A DNA stretch of 64,000 nt from Promethearchaeota archaeon (GTDB lineage: Archaea; Asgardarchaeota; Lokiarchaeia; Sigyniarchaeales; SOKP01). A model generated the notes under the pieces. That model was not told where the DNA came from. It did no database searches and saw only the letters and a program-made list of their open reading frames with translations. Both the position numbers and the translations under genes were made by a program. The stretch spans positions 17,130 through 81,129 of the forward strand of contig JBHLMP010000009.1 in assembly GCA_048938025.1 (NCBI GenBank), in the 5' to 3' direction. Numbering within the stretch: the first letter of the stretch is position 1; every line of letters starts with the position of its first letter. This document shows, piece by piece, positions 1-9,849 of the stretch.

Positions 1-95
1 TAATTAAAAAATTCAATGATAATTCTTTAAACAAGGCTGATATTGAAAAATTCCAAAAAAACTTAGAAGAATTAAAAGAGACACTTAAAAAATAA
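1..95 (+). CDS. 3' end of a gene entering from the left edge (partial)
   Basis: Frame from nt 3 reads IKKFNDNSLNKADIEKFQKNLEELKETLKK* with TAA at 93-95; convergent with the next gene. Confidence 0.55.
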   Translation, partial: IKKFNDNSLNKADIEKFQKNLEELKETLKK

Positions 96-119
96 AAATT
101 CAAAAAAAATCAAGAAATT

Positions 120-1916
120 TTAAATGACCTTCTTATTTTGACCTTTAATTCTTTTAACGTAAACAACAGATATTCCTATAAAGCCAATAAGAATGATATA
201 AGTTATAAATATATCATATCCAGTAATCAGATTAGAATCCTCAGAAGAGTTTTCTTTTAGAGTTTGACTAGGCACATAACCATTTTTACTTGTTGTAAGG
301 ATCATTCCATCTAATTGATCATTTTTGTAAGGTATTTCAGATTCTCCAGATTCAGATGTATTTCCTTTCCATAAAAGATTACCATCTTTCACAACAGTTA
401 CAGTAGCATTTTCCACTGGTGATTGATTTGCTGTTACTTGAAGGGTTACAGACTCATTTGTATAAGAAGATATCATAATGTTAAGCTTTTCAGGTAAATC
501 CAACCAAATAGGTACCTCAGGGTCTCCCAATAAGTTATACTGCTTCAAAGCTTTATCTTCCCATTCTGGAAAGTCAGCAGGTACCCCAGAATCAATTCTA
601 TCAACCATGTAATCTTCTTTAGCTAAGGCGAGAGCTTTACCGGGTTGATTATTTTGGAATAATTGTTCCCAAAAACGAAAAGCGATCCCTTCAGAATACC
701 ATCCCCCATTTTCACGTTCCCACCATTGATCTTCTCCCCAAGTGACTTGACTCGATGCAATACATCCAATTGCAGTGTTTTTTAAAAAATATTCAGCTAG
801 ACAGTCCTCTTCATAATCAAATGTGCCTGTGTAACAACTTAATATGAAGAACAAGCCAAATTTGGATTCTTCAGAGTCTACTGGAAAATAATAAGTATCT
901 GTTAAATATCTCCATACTGAATCATCAATAGCTTCACCATCTCCGAAATATGGGTCATCAGTATAGTCGAATAGTCCATCTTCATCATAATCTACAGTCC
1001 ATTCTTCATAATGAAGCCCAGTTTTACTTCCATGAAAATTAAAAGTACCAATGCCACAACCGTTTTCAATAACACTTTTAAAATTCACATAGTTTGAGGA
1101 TAAGTCATAAGGGTAATCAGAGGTTTTAATACCAGTAGTAAGGGCAAGAATTGTACTACTCCAACTTTCTGGAAGATGGTTATTTAAGAAATTAAGAAAA
1201 CGATTTCCATCGCATTCTCCAAAGTCTAAACTTTCACCCCCATTATTCCAATCTTGATTAAAAGCGAGAATTGCAGAGGCATACACAGCGTGAGTCATCC
1301 AATTGCCTACTAAGGGATTTTTTTCATAATATAATAATTTTTGAACAAGATTTAACATTTCATTCTTATCATTTGCGGGTAAACGACCTACATAAACTTC
1401 TGGCTCATAATCAAACGTATCGTTATGTCTATCTCCCCAATAACCATCATCATTTAAATCCCAATTATTATTTAAATCAGTATAGAAAGAATCACAGCTT
1501 ACAAAATCACCATCATAGGGATAATTATCATCAGATATTACAAGTAGAGAGGGAATATGGTTATTATCTCCGGCTAATAGCACCCATTTAGTATTATTAT
1601 TGTTATGATATGAGATTATGCAGTTTTTAATGCGTTCTTCCGAATTTCTACCCGAATAATTGGTATAAATACTCTGAACAGTTTCAATCTTAGTGACTAA
1701 ACCCTTTTGAGTTTTCCATATTGCTAAAGGTTCCAAAGCATCTTTAAAATCATTAGTAGTAATGATTAGATAGTCAACATTTGAATTTAAAACGGAATTA
1801 TTTAAATAAGGAGAGAAAGAGATATCTATAGAAGATTTGGAATAACTTATAGATGTAGGAATTATACTGAAAAGAATAATTATTAGGAAAATAGTCAATT
1901 TTTTTTCTTTAATCAT
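120..1916 (-). CDS. Secreted C25 (gingipain-family) cysteine peptidase with C-terminal Loki-CTERM-like membrane anchor
   Basis: N-terminal signal peptide; YLIIT, WVLLAGD and VYVGRLP C25 motifs; His (FHGS) and Cys (LSCYTG) dyad; YNLLGDP; tail ITGYD + hydrophobic helix + KRIK. Confidence 0.88.
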   Translation of the reverse strand: MIKEKKLTIFLIIILFSIIPTSISYSKSSIDISFSPYLNNSVLNSNVDYLIITTNDFKDALEPLAIWKTQKGLVTKIETVQSIYTNYSGRNSEERIKNCIISYHNNNNTKWVLLAGDNNHIPSLLVISDDNYPYDGDFVSCDSFYTDLNNNWDLNDDGYWGDRHNDTFDYEPEVYVGRLPANDKNEMLNLVQKLLYYEKNPLVGNWMTHAVYASAILAFNQDWNNGGESLDFGECDGNRFLNFLNNHLPESWSSTILALTTGIKTSDYPYDLSSNYVNFKSVIENGCGIGTFNFHGSKTGLHYEEWTVDYDEDGLFDYTDDPYFGDGEAIDDSVWRYLTDTYYFPVDSEESKFGLFFILSCYTGTFDYEEDCLAEYFLKNTAIGCIASSQVTWGEDQWWERENGGWYSEGIAFRFWEQLFQNNQPGKALALAKEDYMVDRIDSGVPADFPEWEDKALKQYNLLGDPEVPIWLDLPEKLNIMISSYTNESVTLQVTANQSPVENATVTVVKDGNLLWKGNTSESGESEIPYKNDQLDGMILTTSKNGYVPSQTLKENSSEDSNLITGYDIFITYIILIGFIGISVVYVKRIKGQNKKVI

Positions 1917-2115
1917 ATTTTATTCATTATCGAATTCGTCCAGTTTAACATTATTGTGCAGATCTTAATATTTATAATTTATGAATGTCATAACTTGTTT
2001 TAATAAAATAATGACAATTCCAAATAATACCCATTTTTATTACACTGATTAAATAGAATGGTTAATTAAAAGAATATTAAGATGACTTAAATCAAAATGA
2101 GTATTTAGTGTATCT

Positions 2116-2976
2116 ATGAAAGTAGAATTTTATGCAGATATTAATAAATTCAATGAGCTAGTATTCCCATTCTTATTAAAACATGAAGCAGAGAATAATC
2201 TTCTTTTCTCAATTCTTAATTCTCTAAAGGAAAACATAAATACATATGGAGATAAAAAATCAATTTTAACATTCATTACTGAAAATGATAATATAAAATT
2301 AGTTTCTATAAGAACTCCACCCCATAACCAAATTATATCGTATACAGATGACTTGGAAACTATTGATGTTTTAATTGATATGCTTATTAAAAAAAACATT
2401 GATATCCCTGGTGTTTTAGGTTATAAAGAAGGAGTCAAAAAATTTGTTAAGTTATGGTGTGAAAAGAAAGGAGTTAAATCACATTTAACTACTAATGAAA
2501 GAATTTATAAATTAGAACATGTGGAAGAAAAAACTTTAGGTAAAAAGAAATTTGTTAAGGCTACAAAGTCAAATGAAAAAATTGTAATTCAATGGGCAAA
2601 AGAGTTTATGTCAGAAGCTTTCCCTGAAAGATCCCAAGAAATGATAGAACAATCGATGAAAAGGTTAAAGAAAGCGATTTTGAAAGGCAAAATTTATCTA
2701 TTATTAGATAATAATAAACCAGTTTCAATGGCACAGAAAGCAGGTAAAACACCTAATGGTAATTCTGTTAATTTCGTGTATACACCCGCAGCATTAAGGA
2801 GAAGAGGTTATGCAACTGAATGTGTGGCTAAATTAAGTAAAGAAATTTTGAAAGAAGGAAATAAGTTTTGTTTCTTATTTACAGACTTAAAGAATCCAAC
2901 TTCGAATAGCATTTATCAAAAAGTCGGTTATCGCTCTGTAATTGATGTAGATGAATTTCAATTTATCCCTAAATAA
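2116..2976 (+). CDS. GNAT-family N-acetyltransferase (C-terminal GNAT/FR47-like domain)
   Basis: VYTPAALRRRGYA acetyl-CoA motif A and NPTSNSIYQKVGY motif B. Confidence 0.88.
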   Translation: MKVEFYADINKFNELVFPFLLKHEAENNLLFSILNSLKENINTYGDKKSILTFITENDNIKLVSIRTPPHNQIISYTDDLETIDVLIDMLIKKNIDIPGVLGYKEGVKKFVKLWCEKKGVKSHLTTNERIYKLEHVEEKTLGKKKFVKATKSNEKIVIQWAKEFMSEAFPERSQEMIEQSMKRLKKAILKGKIYLLLDNNKPVSMAQKAGKTPNGNSVNFVYTPAALRRRGYATECVAKLSKEILKEGNKFCFLFTDLKNPTSNSIYQKVGYRSVIDVDEFQFIPK

Positions 2977-3059
2977 CCAATTCTTTTAAAATAATAAAAT
3001 AAAAAAAAGATACGAGAAAGTCTCCTGATTTTCTCCTGAAAATTTTTAACTAATTATTT

Positions 3060-3344
3060 TTATTTCTTTTTTGGTGGTAAGATTTCAATCTCGATTGATG
3101 AGACGTTGTTAGAAGTCCCATCATCATTAGTAATTGTCTCAGTAGCAATTATAATTTCTCCATAAGTACTCCCTTTAATAAAGTTATTAATAAGAATTTC
3201 TGCTACGTCAACTGCTCGGGATATAGATCGACCTCGGGCTAATAATCTCACTGCTTTTTCATTTAGAACAACCATAGCAGCCATTACATAATTCATTGAC
3301 TTCTTTTTACCAATAAAAACTTTTGAGTCATCATCTCTAGCCAT
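3060..3344 (-). CDS. albA: DNA/RNA-binding protein Alba
   Basis: VFIGKKKSMNYV, ARGRSISRAVDVAE and VSSIEI are hallmark Alba segments; AAGGTG SD-like sequence upstream. Confidence 0.93.
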   Translation of the reverse strand: MARDDDSKVFIGKKKSMNYVMAAMVVLNEKAVRLLARGRSISRAVDVAEILINNFIKGSTYGEIIIATETITNDDGTSNNVSSIEIEILPPKKK

Positions 3345-3616
3345 TAATTCTCACCTTTTCTATGCTTGGTTTATACCTTTCTTTTTTATGCTTTCTAATC
3401 TTTTGTATTCCTTATATGTGTTTTAAATGCCAATTATCTATAGATAATTATATGTTATAAACCATATTCAGTTTTTAAGATTTTGTAATTTTATAATAAC
3501 TTTGAAAAAATTAGGACAACATAATGACTCAATGAATTATAGAGTGAAATAATCTTAATATTTTAAATTAAACCTTAATTCATTAAAAAGAAAAAAAATG
3601 AATTTTGAATTTATTT

Positions 3617-5332
3617 TTACTCCTCGCGTAATAACTTTTTATCAATCTTTCCCACAACCGTAAGAGGGAGCTCTTTTGAAAATTCAATTACTTTAGGAAC
3701 TTCATAAGGGGAACAATTCTCTTTAGCAAATTTTATTATATCTTCTTTTAATGCATCCACATTTCCATCAAATTCGTACTCAGGGCTTATTTGTATATAA
3801 GCTTTCACTATTTCGGAACCCGGCCTATCTGGATTTGGTAACCCGATTAGAGCAATCATACCTACAGCAGGATGCTTAGATAAAATATCTTCAACCTTTG
3901 TAGAAAATAATTTATAACCCCCCACTATTATCATATCTTTTGTACGATCTACAATTCTAAGGTACCCTCTTTCATCCATAATTGCGACATCTCCGGAATG
4001 CATATATCCATCTTGGTCAATAGCTTTTTTAGTTTCTTCAGGTTTATTATAATATCCTTTCATCACCATAGGACCTTTTGTACATATTTCTCCTGGCTCC
4101 CCTAAGGGAACTACTTCATTAGTATCAGGATCAACTAGTTTTAGTTCTGTATTCAATAATGGTAATCCAATTGAACCCAATTTCCTCTCCTTTAAGAAAG
4201 GATTCATTGTAGTAAGAGGAGATGTCTCTGTCATTCCATAAACCTCTAGTAATTTACCCTCACCTACAATACTTTCTAATTGTTTCTGCGATTCTACTGG
4301 GAATGGAGACGCAGCTGACATGCAGACTTCCAGACTTGAATGGTCCAACCGCTTAAATTTTCGAGTATTAATCAATATTTGATAAAGCGAAGGTACATTT
4401 ACAAGAGCAGTTGGTTTATATTTCTTAATCTCATTACAAATAGTTAAGGTATCTCTAGGATCTGGTATAAGCACTTGCCCCCATCCAAGATAAATACAAT
4501 TTTCACAAAAAAAGGTACCTGCTATATGAAAAAATGGAAAACCTGATAATGCAATTTTAGCTCCTCTATCCCAACTAAGCCACTTTTGGACAATAAGTAT
4601 ATCAGAAACACAATTTCTGTGCGTTAACATTGCCCCTTTTGGAGGGCCAGTCGTTCCTCCCGTATATTGGATAAGTGCTATATCATCAGGTGTTACAATG
4701 ACATTTGGCGGATCTGTAGGATATTGAGCTAAAACATCATCATGAAAATTAAGAACTGTTTTATTTTCCAATTGAGTAACTTCTCCTGAAGGAATTTCTC
4801 TGACAGCTCGAATTTTTTCTTGTTGTTCTTTTGGAAACATTCCAATAACACTAGTCCATATTACTAATTTCAATTGAGGCAATTTTGATTCAACATTCAT
4901 TAATCTATGTTGGAAAATTGCATCTAAGGTCACCAAAGCAACTTTTTTGTCAACAGTACCTAAATCATTTAATTGGTAATGCATTTGGACATCTGACATA
5001 AGCGGACTTACTCCAGAAACTATACATCCTGCTTTAAGAGTTCCAAGAAATGCAATCACATATTCAGGTATATTTGGTAAATTAATTCCCACTACGTCTC
5101 CTCTCTTAAATCCTTGTTTAATTAGCATATTTGCGAATTGATTTGAGTACTTATCCAATTTTCCATATGTAATCTCTAAACCCTGATATGTCAAAGCCAT
5201 TTTTTCAGGAAACGTTTCAATAGTATCTTTCACTGCTTCTGTAAATGAAATTTCAAATAAACTAGGATCTAAATCAGTTAATCCTTCATCCCAATTTTTG
5301 CGCCAGAATCGATCTTCATAAGGATTTGACAT
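3617..5332 (-). CDS. Long-chain fatty-acid--CoA ligase (AMP-binding)
   Basis: YTGGTTGPPKG P-loop, YGMTE, SGD...DRTKD, C-terminal PLTVVGK. Confidence 0.93.
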   Translation of the reverse strand: MSNPYEDRFWRKNWDEGLTDLDPSLFEISFTEAVKDTIETFPEKMALTYQGLEITYGKLDKYSNQFANMLIKQGFKRGDVVGINLPNIPEYVIAFLGTLKAGCIVSGVSPLMSDVQMHYQLNDLGTVDKKVALVTLDAIFQHRLMNVESKLPQLKLVIWTSVIGMFPKEQQEKIRAVREIPSGEVTQLENKTVLNFHDDVLAQYPTDPPNVIVTPDDIALIQYTGGTTGPPKGAMLTHRNCVSDILIVQKWLSWDRGAKIALSGFPFFHIAGTFFCENCIYLGWGQVLIPDPRDTLTICNEIKKYKPTALVNVPSLYQILINTRKFKRLDHSSLEVCMSAASPFPVESQKQLESIVGEGKLLEVYGMTETSPLTTMNPFLKERKLGSIGLPLLNTELKLVDPDTNEVVPLGEPGEICTKGPMVMKGYYNKPEETKKAIDQDGYMHSGDVAIMDERGYLRIVDRTKDMIIVGGYKLFSTKVEDILSKHPAVGMIALIGLPNPDRPGSEIVKAYIQISPEYEFDGNVDALKEDIIKFAKENCSPYEVPKVIEFSKELPLTVVGKIDKKLLREE

Positions 5333-5468
5333 GTATAATATCCACCTTTAATTTTTAATAAAAAAATGAAGTTATTATAATTAATATTGATTGAATTAGT
5401 TAAAAAGTTTTAATTAATTTGAGATCTTTGACCTTTTTGATCAATTTTTAGGGGTCAATATGTATTTT

Positions 5469-6245
5469 TTAATAAAATTTTCTTCTAAAATCTTTAATAT
5501 ATTGATCTTTATCTTCATATTCATACCAAGCAGAACCATATTTTTCTAATTCATACGCATCTTTATATGATTTATCCATTAAATGGTTACTACATAATTT
5601 AATAGCATTTAGGACAGTTTGATTTTTTGGGAAGAGAAATTTAGCTTTATCCATAGCAGCTTCCATTAATTCTTCTTGGGAATCAACTATTTGATCAATT
5701 AATCCAATTTCTAATGCCTTTGTAGAACTGATCTTTTCAGCAAACATTAGAATTCTTTTTGTCCAAGTAATTCCTATAACTCTTGTCATTAACACAATTG
5801 TACCGGTACCAGGAAAAATACCTAAATTTATTTCAGGCATCATGAAAATACTATCTTTAACAGCTATTCGATAATCAGAGCAGAGGGAATAGGCAACACC
5901 GTCACCCATCGCCTTACCATTAATAGCACAAATGGTTGGCTTTCCATAATATATTAATTTCACAATAGAAGCAGCAGTTTGTTCATATTCCTTAACAGCA
6001 GCATGATTACTTCCATCTACAGAATCTATATCCATCCCTGTTGTAAAACTTGAACCATTTCCAGTTAAGATAATTCCTCTTATTTTTTCATTATGTATAC
6101 AAAACTCAATTGCTTTTTTAAGCTCCTTAAGCATTTTAATAGTTAAAGCATTTGCTCGTTCTACTCGATTTAAGGTAATTATACCAAATCTTTTTTTTAT
6201 TGAAAATTCAATAAATTCTCCAAGTTCTAAACCTTCAAATGACAT
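5469..6245 (-). CDS. Enoyl-CoA hydratase/isomerase (crotonase) family protein
   Basis: ITLNR..NAL, FTTGMD oxyanion motif, KPTICAING, PE..G..P, ALEIGLID. Confidence 0.9.
   Translation of the reverse strand: MSFEGLELGEFIEFSIKKRFGIITLNRVERANALTIKMLKELKKAIEFCIHNEKIRGIILTGNGSSFTTGMDIDSVDGSNHAAVKEYEQTAASIVKLIYYGKPTICAINGKAMGDGVAYSLCSDYRIAVKDSIFMMPEINLGIFPGTGTIVLMTRVIGITWTKRILMFAEKISSTKALEIGLIDQIVDSQEELMEAAMDKAKFLFPKNQTVLNAIKLCSNHLMDKSYKDAYELEKYGSAWYEYEDKDQYIKDFRRKFY
5661..5717. repeat. 57-nt near-identical segment shared by the two crotonase genes (copy 2 at 6488-6544)
   Basis: ttccattaa(t/a)tcttcttgggaatcaactatttgatcaa(t/c)taatccaatttctaatgc, 2 mismatches by direct comparison. Confidence 0.8.
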
Positions 6246-6289
6246 TTTTATTCCTTTTTATTCTTCTTTAGTTGAAAAATTTTTTAAAA

Positions 6290-7072
6290 TTATAGTAATG
6301 ATAATTTTTCTCTAAAATCATTTATAAATTTACTTTTATTAGCATATTCAAACCAGCTTGAAGCTTCTTTTTCTAATTCATAAGCATTATGATAATTTTT
6401 ATCAAGTAAATGATTTGAACATAATTTAATAGCATTTAGAACAATCTGGTTTTTAGGAAAGAGAAATTTTGCTTGATCTAAGGCAGTTTCCATTAAATCT
6501 TCTTGGGAATCAACTATTTGATCAACTAATCCAATTTCTAATGCTTTTTCAGAGCTAATCTTTTCAGCTAGCATTAACATCTTTTTTGTCCAAGGAATCC
6601 CGATAATTCTTGTCATTAATATTATACAACCAGTGCCCGGAAAAATACCAGAAAAGATTTCAGGATATTGAAAATAACTATCTTTGACACCTATTCTATA
6701 ATCACAACATAAAAGAAATACAACACCTTCACCCAAACAACGACCATTTATAGCAGCAATCGCGGGTTTTCCATTAAATAATAACATACAAATCTCCGCA
6801 GCAGTTCTTTCAAGGTCTTTTACTGCAGTATTGTCACTACCATCAATAAAACCCAAGTCCATACCTGTACTAAAAGTTGTCCCATTCGCAGTTAGGATTA
6901 AACCTCGAATTTTTTCTGAATTTTGACAGTATTCAATTGCTTTTTTTAAAAATCTCAATTGTTCAACTGTAAAAGCGTTAGATCTATGAACCCTATTAAG
7001 TGTTATTATAGCAAATCTCTTTTTTACATCAAATTCGATGTATTCTCCAAATTCAAGATCTTTTAGAGACAT
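6290..7072 (-). CDS. Enoyl-CoA hydratase/isomerase (crotonase) family protein, tandem paralog
   Basis: Same motifs (FSTGMD, KPAIAAING, YPE..GIFPG); clearly homologous end to end to 5469-6245. Confidence 0.9.
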   Translation of the reverse strand: MSLKDLEFGEYIEFDVKKRFAIITLNRVHRSNAFTVEQLRFLKKAIEYCQNSEKIRGLILTANGTTFSTGMDLGFIDGSDNTAVKDLERTAAEICMLLFNGKPAIAAINGRCLGEGVVFLLCCDYRIGVKDSYFQYPEIFSGIFPGTGCIILMTRIIGIPWTKKMLMLAEKISSEKALEIGLVDQIVDSQEDLMETALDQAKFLFPKNQIVLNAIKLCSNHLLDKNYHNAYELEKEASSWFEYANKSKFINDFREKLSLL

Positions 7073-7159
7073 AAATAAAATTAATTTTCATTTAATAAAA
7101 AATAATAATAGTCTTAATGAATATAGTGAGTAATAGGTAATTTTTAATATGTAAAAAAT

Positions 7160-9244
7160 ATGCCTGTTCATATTACTGATTTCTTAGAAATAGAGTCTAA
7201 TGGAATAAGAAAAAAAGATTTAATAAAAGCTCCAAGTTTAAAAAAAACCTTCATCTCAATTAATCAACATTTATATGCAAAATTAAAACAAACTGATACA
7301 GATACGCGGACTAGATCAAAAGAAATAATCAATCTCTTACTTTGTAAATTAAATGATGAAATTAATAAGGATGATAATGAAATTTTAGACTTTTGTATTA
7401 AAAAAGGTGAATCAATAGAAGATTTGTATGATAGAATACAAAAGTTATTCGAGAAAAATGTTAAAGAGAAGTATATAGAAATCATAGGGGAAAATGAGCA
7501 AATCAGCTTAAATAAGGAACTCTTATATCTTATTGTGAATGAATTACAACACATATCGTTATTAAAATCTTCTAAAGATATATTGAGTGATGCGTTTGAG
7601 ATTTTTGTAAGTAAGATTTTAAAAGATGAGGGAGGGCAATTCTTTACTCCTCCAAATATTATTGAATTCATGGTACATTATTTAGATCCTCCTGTTGATT
7701 CAAAAATATTGGACCCTGCCTGTGGTCATGGAGGATTTCTTCTTGAAGCAAAAGAACTGTTATGGTTAAAAATAACCTCAGAAGATAAAAGAATAATTTC
7801 AATCTCAAATTTGTTTGGTATTGATAAAGACCTCTTCTTAGCAAAGATTAGTAAATTATACTTAGAAATATTGAGTAAGGGAAAGTCTTATATTTTTTGT
7901 GAAGATTCATTGGATCCTAAGAGTTATGGAACTCAAGCAAAAGAAGAAATAAAAGATAATTTATTTGATTATATTTTTACTAATCCTCCATTCGGGGTTA
8001 AAATTCCTATAAACGATAAAGAAATTTTAAAAGATTACAAACTTGGTCATATTTGGAAAAATATTGGTGATGGCTGGAAAATGCAAGAAAAGTTAGTAAA
8101 ACAACAACCACCTCAAGTTTTATTTATTGAAAGGTGTATTCAGTTACTTAAAGACGGAGGAAAGCTAGGTATTGTCTTACCGGAAGGAATATTCGGAAAT
8201 CCTACAGATCGCTATATTTGGGAATATTTAACTTCTAATGGTAAAATATTAGCTATTGTCTCATTGGATCAGAATACCTTTCAACCTTATACATGTAATA
8301 AAACAAGTATTTTATTCTTTCAGAAATTGAATAATATTCCAGCAGATTATACAATTGATTTTGCAATTGTGGAAAATGTGGGACATGATAAAGATGGAAA
8401 GGTTTTATATAAATTGAATAAAGATGGAACTAAAAAATTAGATTCTGCAGGCTATCCAATAATAAACGATGACCTCATAGGGTTACACTTAAAAATAAAA
8501 AAGGCTGAAGAATTTAACTATTTAATGGAACAAAAAATCTTTAAGATTAAATTTAGCCAGATTAAAGATAAAATTTTCATCCCGATTTATTATATCGGTG
8601 TAGAAAAAACTTTAAAAAAACTAGCAAACGATAAGAATTTCACACTTTTAAGTATTAAAAAGTTAGCAAAACAAAAAATAATTTATACTAATAAGAGCGG
8701 TTATCTCCCACGAGGAGATGAAATAGGATCTCATGTATATGGTTTAGGAGATATCCCATTTATGAGGACGAGTGATATAAATAATTGGGAAATAAATTTA
8801 GATTCATATAAAAAGACAAGCGAAGAAGTTTATAAGCAATATAAACTAAAACAGAATATAGAAGAAGGAGATATCCTATTAGTTAAAGATGGTGGGCCTA
8901 ATTTGATTGGTAAAACTGCTTATATAACTAGGTTAGATACCCAAATAATAATTCAGAGTCATATATTCCAGATAAAAGTATTAGAAAATAATGAATTTCT
9001 TGATTCTTATCTTCTTTTGTATTTATTGAATTTAGATATTGTGCAAAAACAAATTCAAGCAATTACTTTTGTTCAAGGAACAATAGCAACAATTGGAAAT
9101 AGAATTATGGAAGTAATCTTACCAATCCCCTCGGATATTGAAAAAAGAAAAGAAATCTCAAGATATATAAAAAAGATTATTGATGAGAAAACAGAAATAA
9201 GGAAGAATATATCCAGATTATCTATAGGATCTTTTAATGACTAA
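7160..9244 (+). CDS. N6-adenine DNA methyltransferase (HsdM-like) fused to a C-terminal HsdS-like target recognition domain
   Basis: GQFFTP, motif I LDPACGHGGFL, motif IV TNPPFG, IVLPEG; C-terminal IPFMRTSDI, GDILLVKDG..IGKTA and ILPIP are typical of HsdS TRDs. Confidence 0.88.
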   Translation: MPVHITDFLEIESNGIRKKDLIKAPSLKKTFISINQHLYAKLKQTDTDTRTRSKEIINLLLCKLNDEINKDDNEILDFCIKKGESIEDLYDRIQKLFEKNVKEKYIEIIGENEQISLNKELLYLIVNELQHISLLKSSKDILSDAFEIFVSKILKDEGGQFFTPPNIIEFMVHYLDPPVDSKILDPACGHGGFLLEAKELLWLKITSEDKRIISISNLFGIDKDLFLAKISKLYLEILSKGKSYIFCEDSLDPKSYGTQAKEEIKDNLFDYIFTNPPFGVKIPINDKEILKDYKLGHIWKNIGDGWKMQEKLVKQQPPQVLFIERCIQLLKDGGKLGIVLPEGIFGNPTDRYIWEYLTSNGKILAIVSLDQNTFQPYTCNKTSILFFQKLNNIPADYTIDFAIVENVGHDKDGKVLYKLNKDGTKKLDSAGYPIINDDLIGLHLKIKKAEEFNYLMEQKIFKIKFSQIKDKIFIPIYYIGVEKTLKKLANDKNFTLLSIKKLAKQKIIYTNKSGYLPRGDEIGSHVYGLGDIPFMRTSDINNWEINLDSYKKTSEEVYKQYKLKQNIEEGDILLVKDGGPNLIGKTAYITRLDTQIIIQSHIFQIKVLENNEFLDSYLLLYLLNLDIVQKQIQAITFVQGTIATIGNRIMEVILPIPSDIEKRKEISRYIKKIIDEKTEIRKNISRLSIGSFND

Positions 9245-9292
9245 GTTATTCCTTATAAAAAATTTAAAAAGTTTGTTAAATATCTCAATAAG

Positions 9293-9730
9293 ATGAAAAT
9301 TGAAAAATTTTCTATGGAATTATATGAAAATATAATTAATCTTTGGAGAAAGGCAGGAATTAATGTAGGGTCCACTGATACGAAAGAAGAAATAGAAAGA
9401 ATGCTTAAAAGAAATCCAAATCTTTTCCTAATAGGTAGATTAAATGAAAAAATTATTGGTGTTGTGATGGGAGGATTCGATGGAAGAAGAGGATATATCC
9501 ATCATCTGGCAGTAGAACCTGATTATCAAAAAAGAGGATATGGTAAAATGTTGGTAGATGAATTAATTGTGAGGTTTCATCAGATGAGAGTACATAAAAT
9601 TCATTTATTCATTGAAAAATATAATAGGACTGTTGTTGATTTCTATAGAAATTTGGGTTGGGAAATTAGAGATGATTTGATTATGATGAGTTATGTACCT
9701 GATAAAAATTTATACAAGATGAGAATATAA
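9293..9730 (+). CDS. GNAT acetyltransferase (YpeA-like)
   Basis: GGFDGRRGYIHHLAVEPDYQKRGYG; N..VVDFYRNLGW. Confidence 0.88.
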   Translation: MKIEKFSMELYENIINLWRKAGINVGSTDTKEEIERMLKRNPNLFLIGRLNEKIIGVVMGGFDGRRGYIHHLAVEPDYQKRGYGKMLVDELIVRFHQMRVHKIHLFIEKYNRTVVDFYRNLGWEIRDDLIMMSYVPDKNLYKMRI

Positions 9731-9849
9731 CTTAGGTATTGTTCTATATTAATATATATATTCTGAAATTGACTCTGATTTTTATTATAGTTTTAAATAT
9801 CATTGAATTAATATTATTCATATTTACAGAAAATTCAAATTGATTTAAT

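Noticed and set aside
3010-3045. Small hairpin/direct repeat (gagaaagtctc, tctcctga x2) downstream of alba as a possible SECIS or ncRNA
   Set aside because: Too short, and no in-frame TGA selenoprotein candidate nearby; more likely terminator-region sequence.
7073-9300. MTase as part of a mobile or defence island
   Set aside because: No integrase, transposase, flanking repeats or other defence genes; composition resembles the neighbours.
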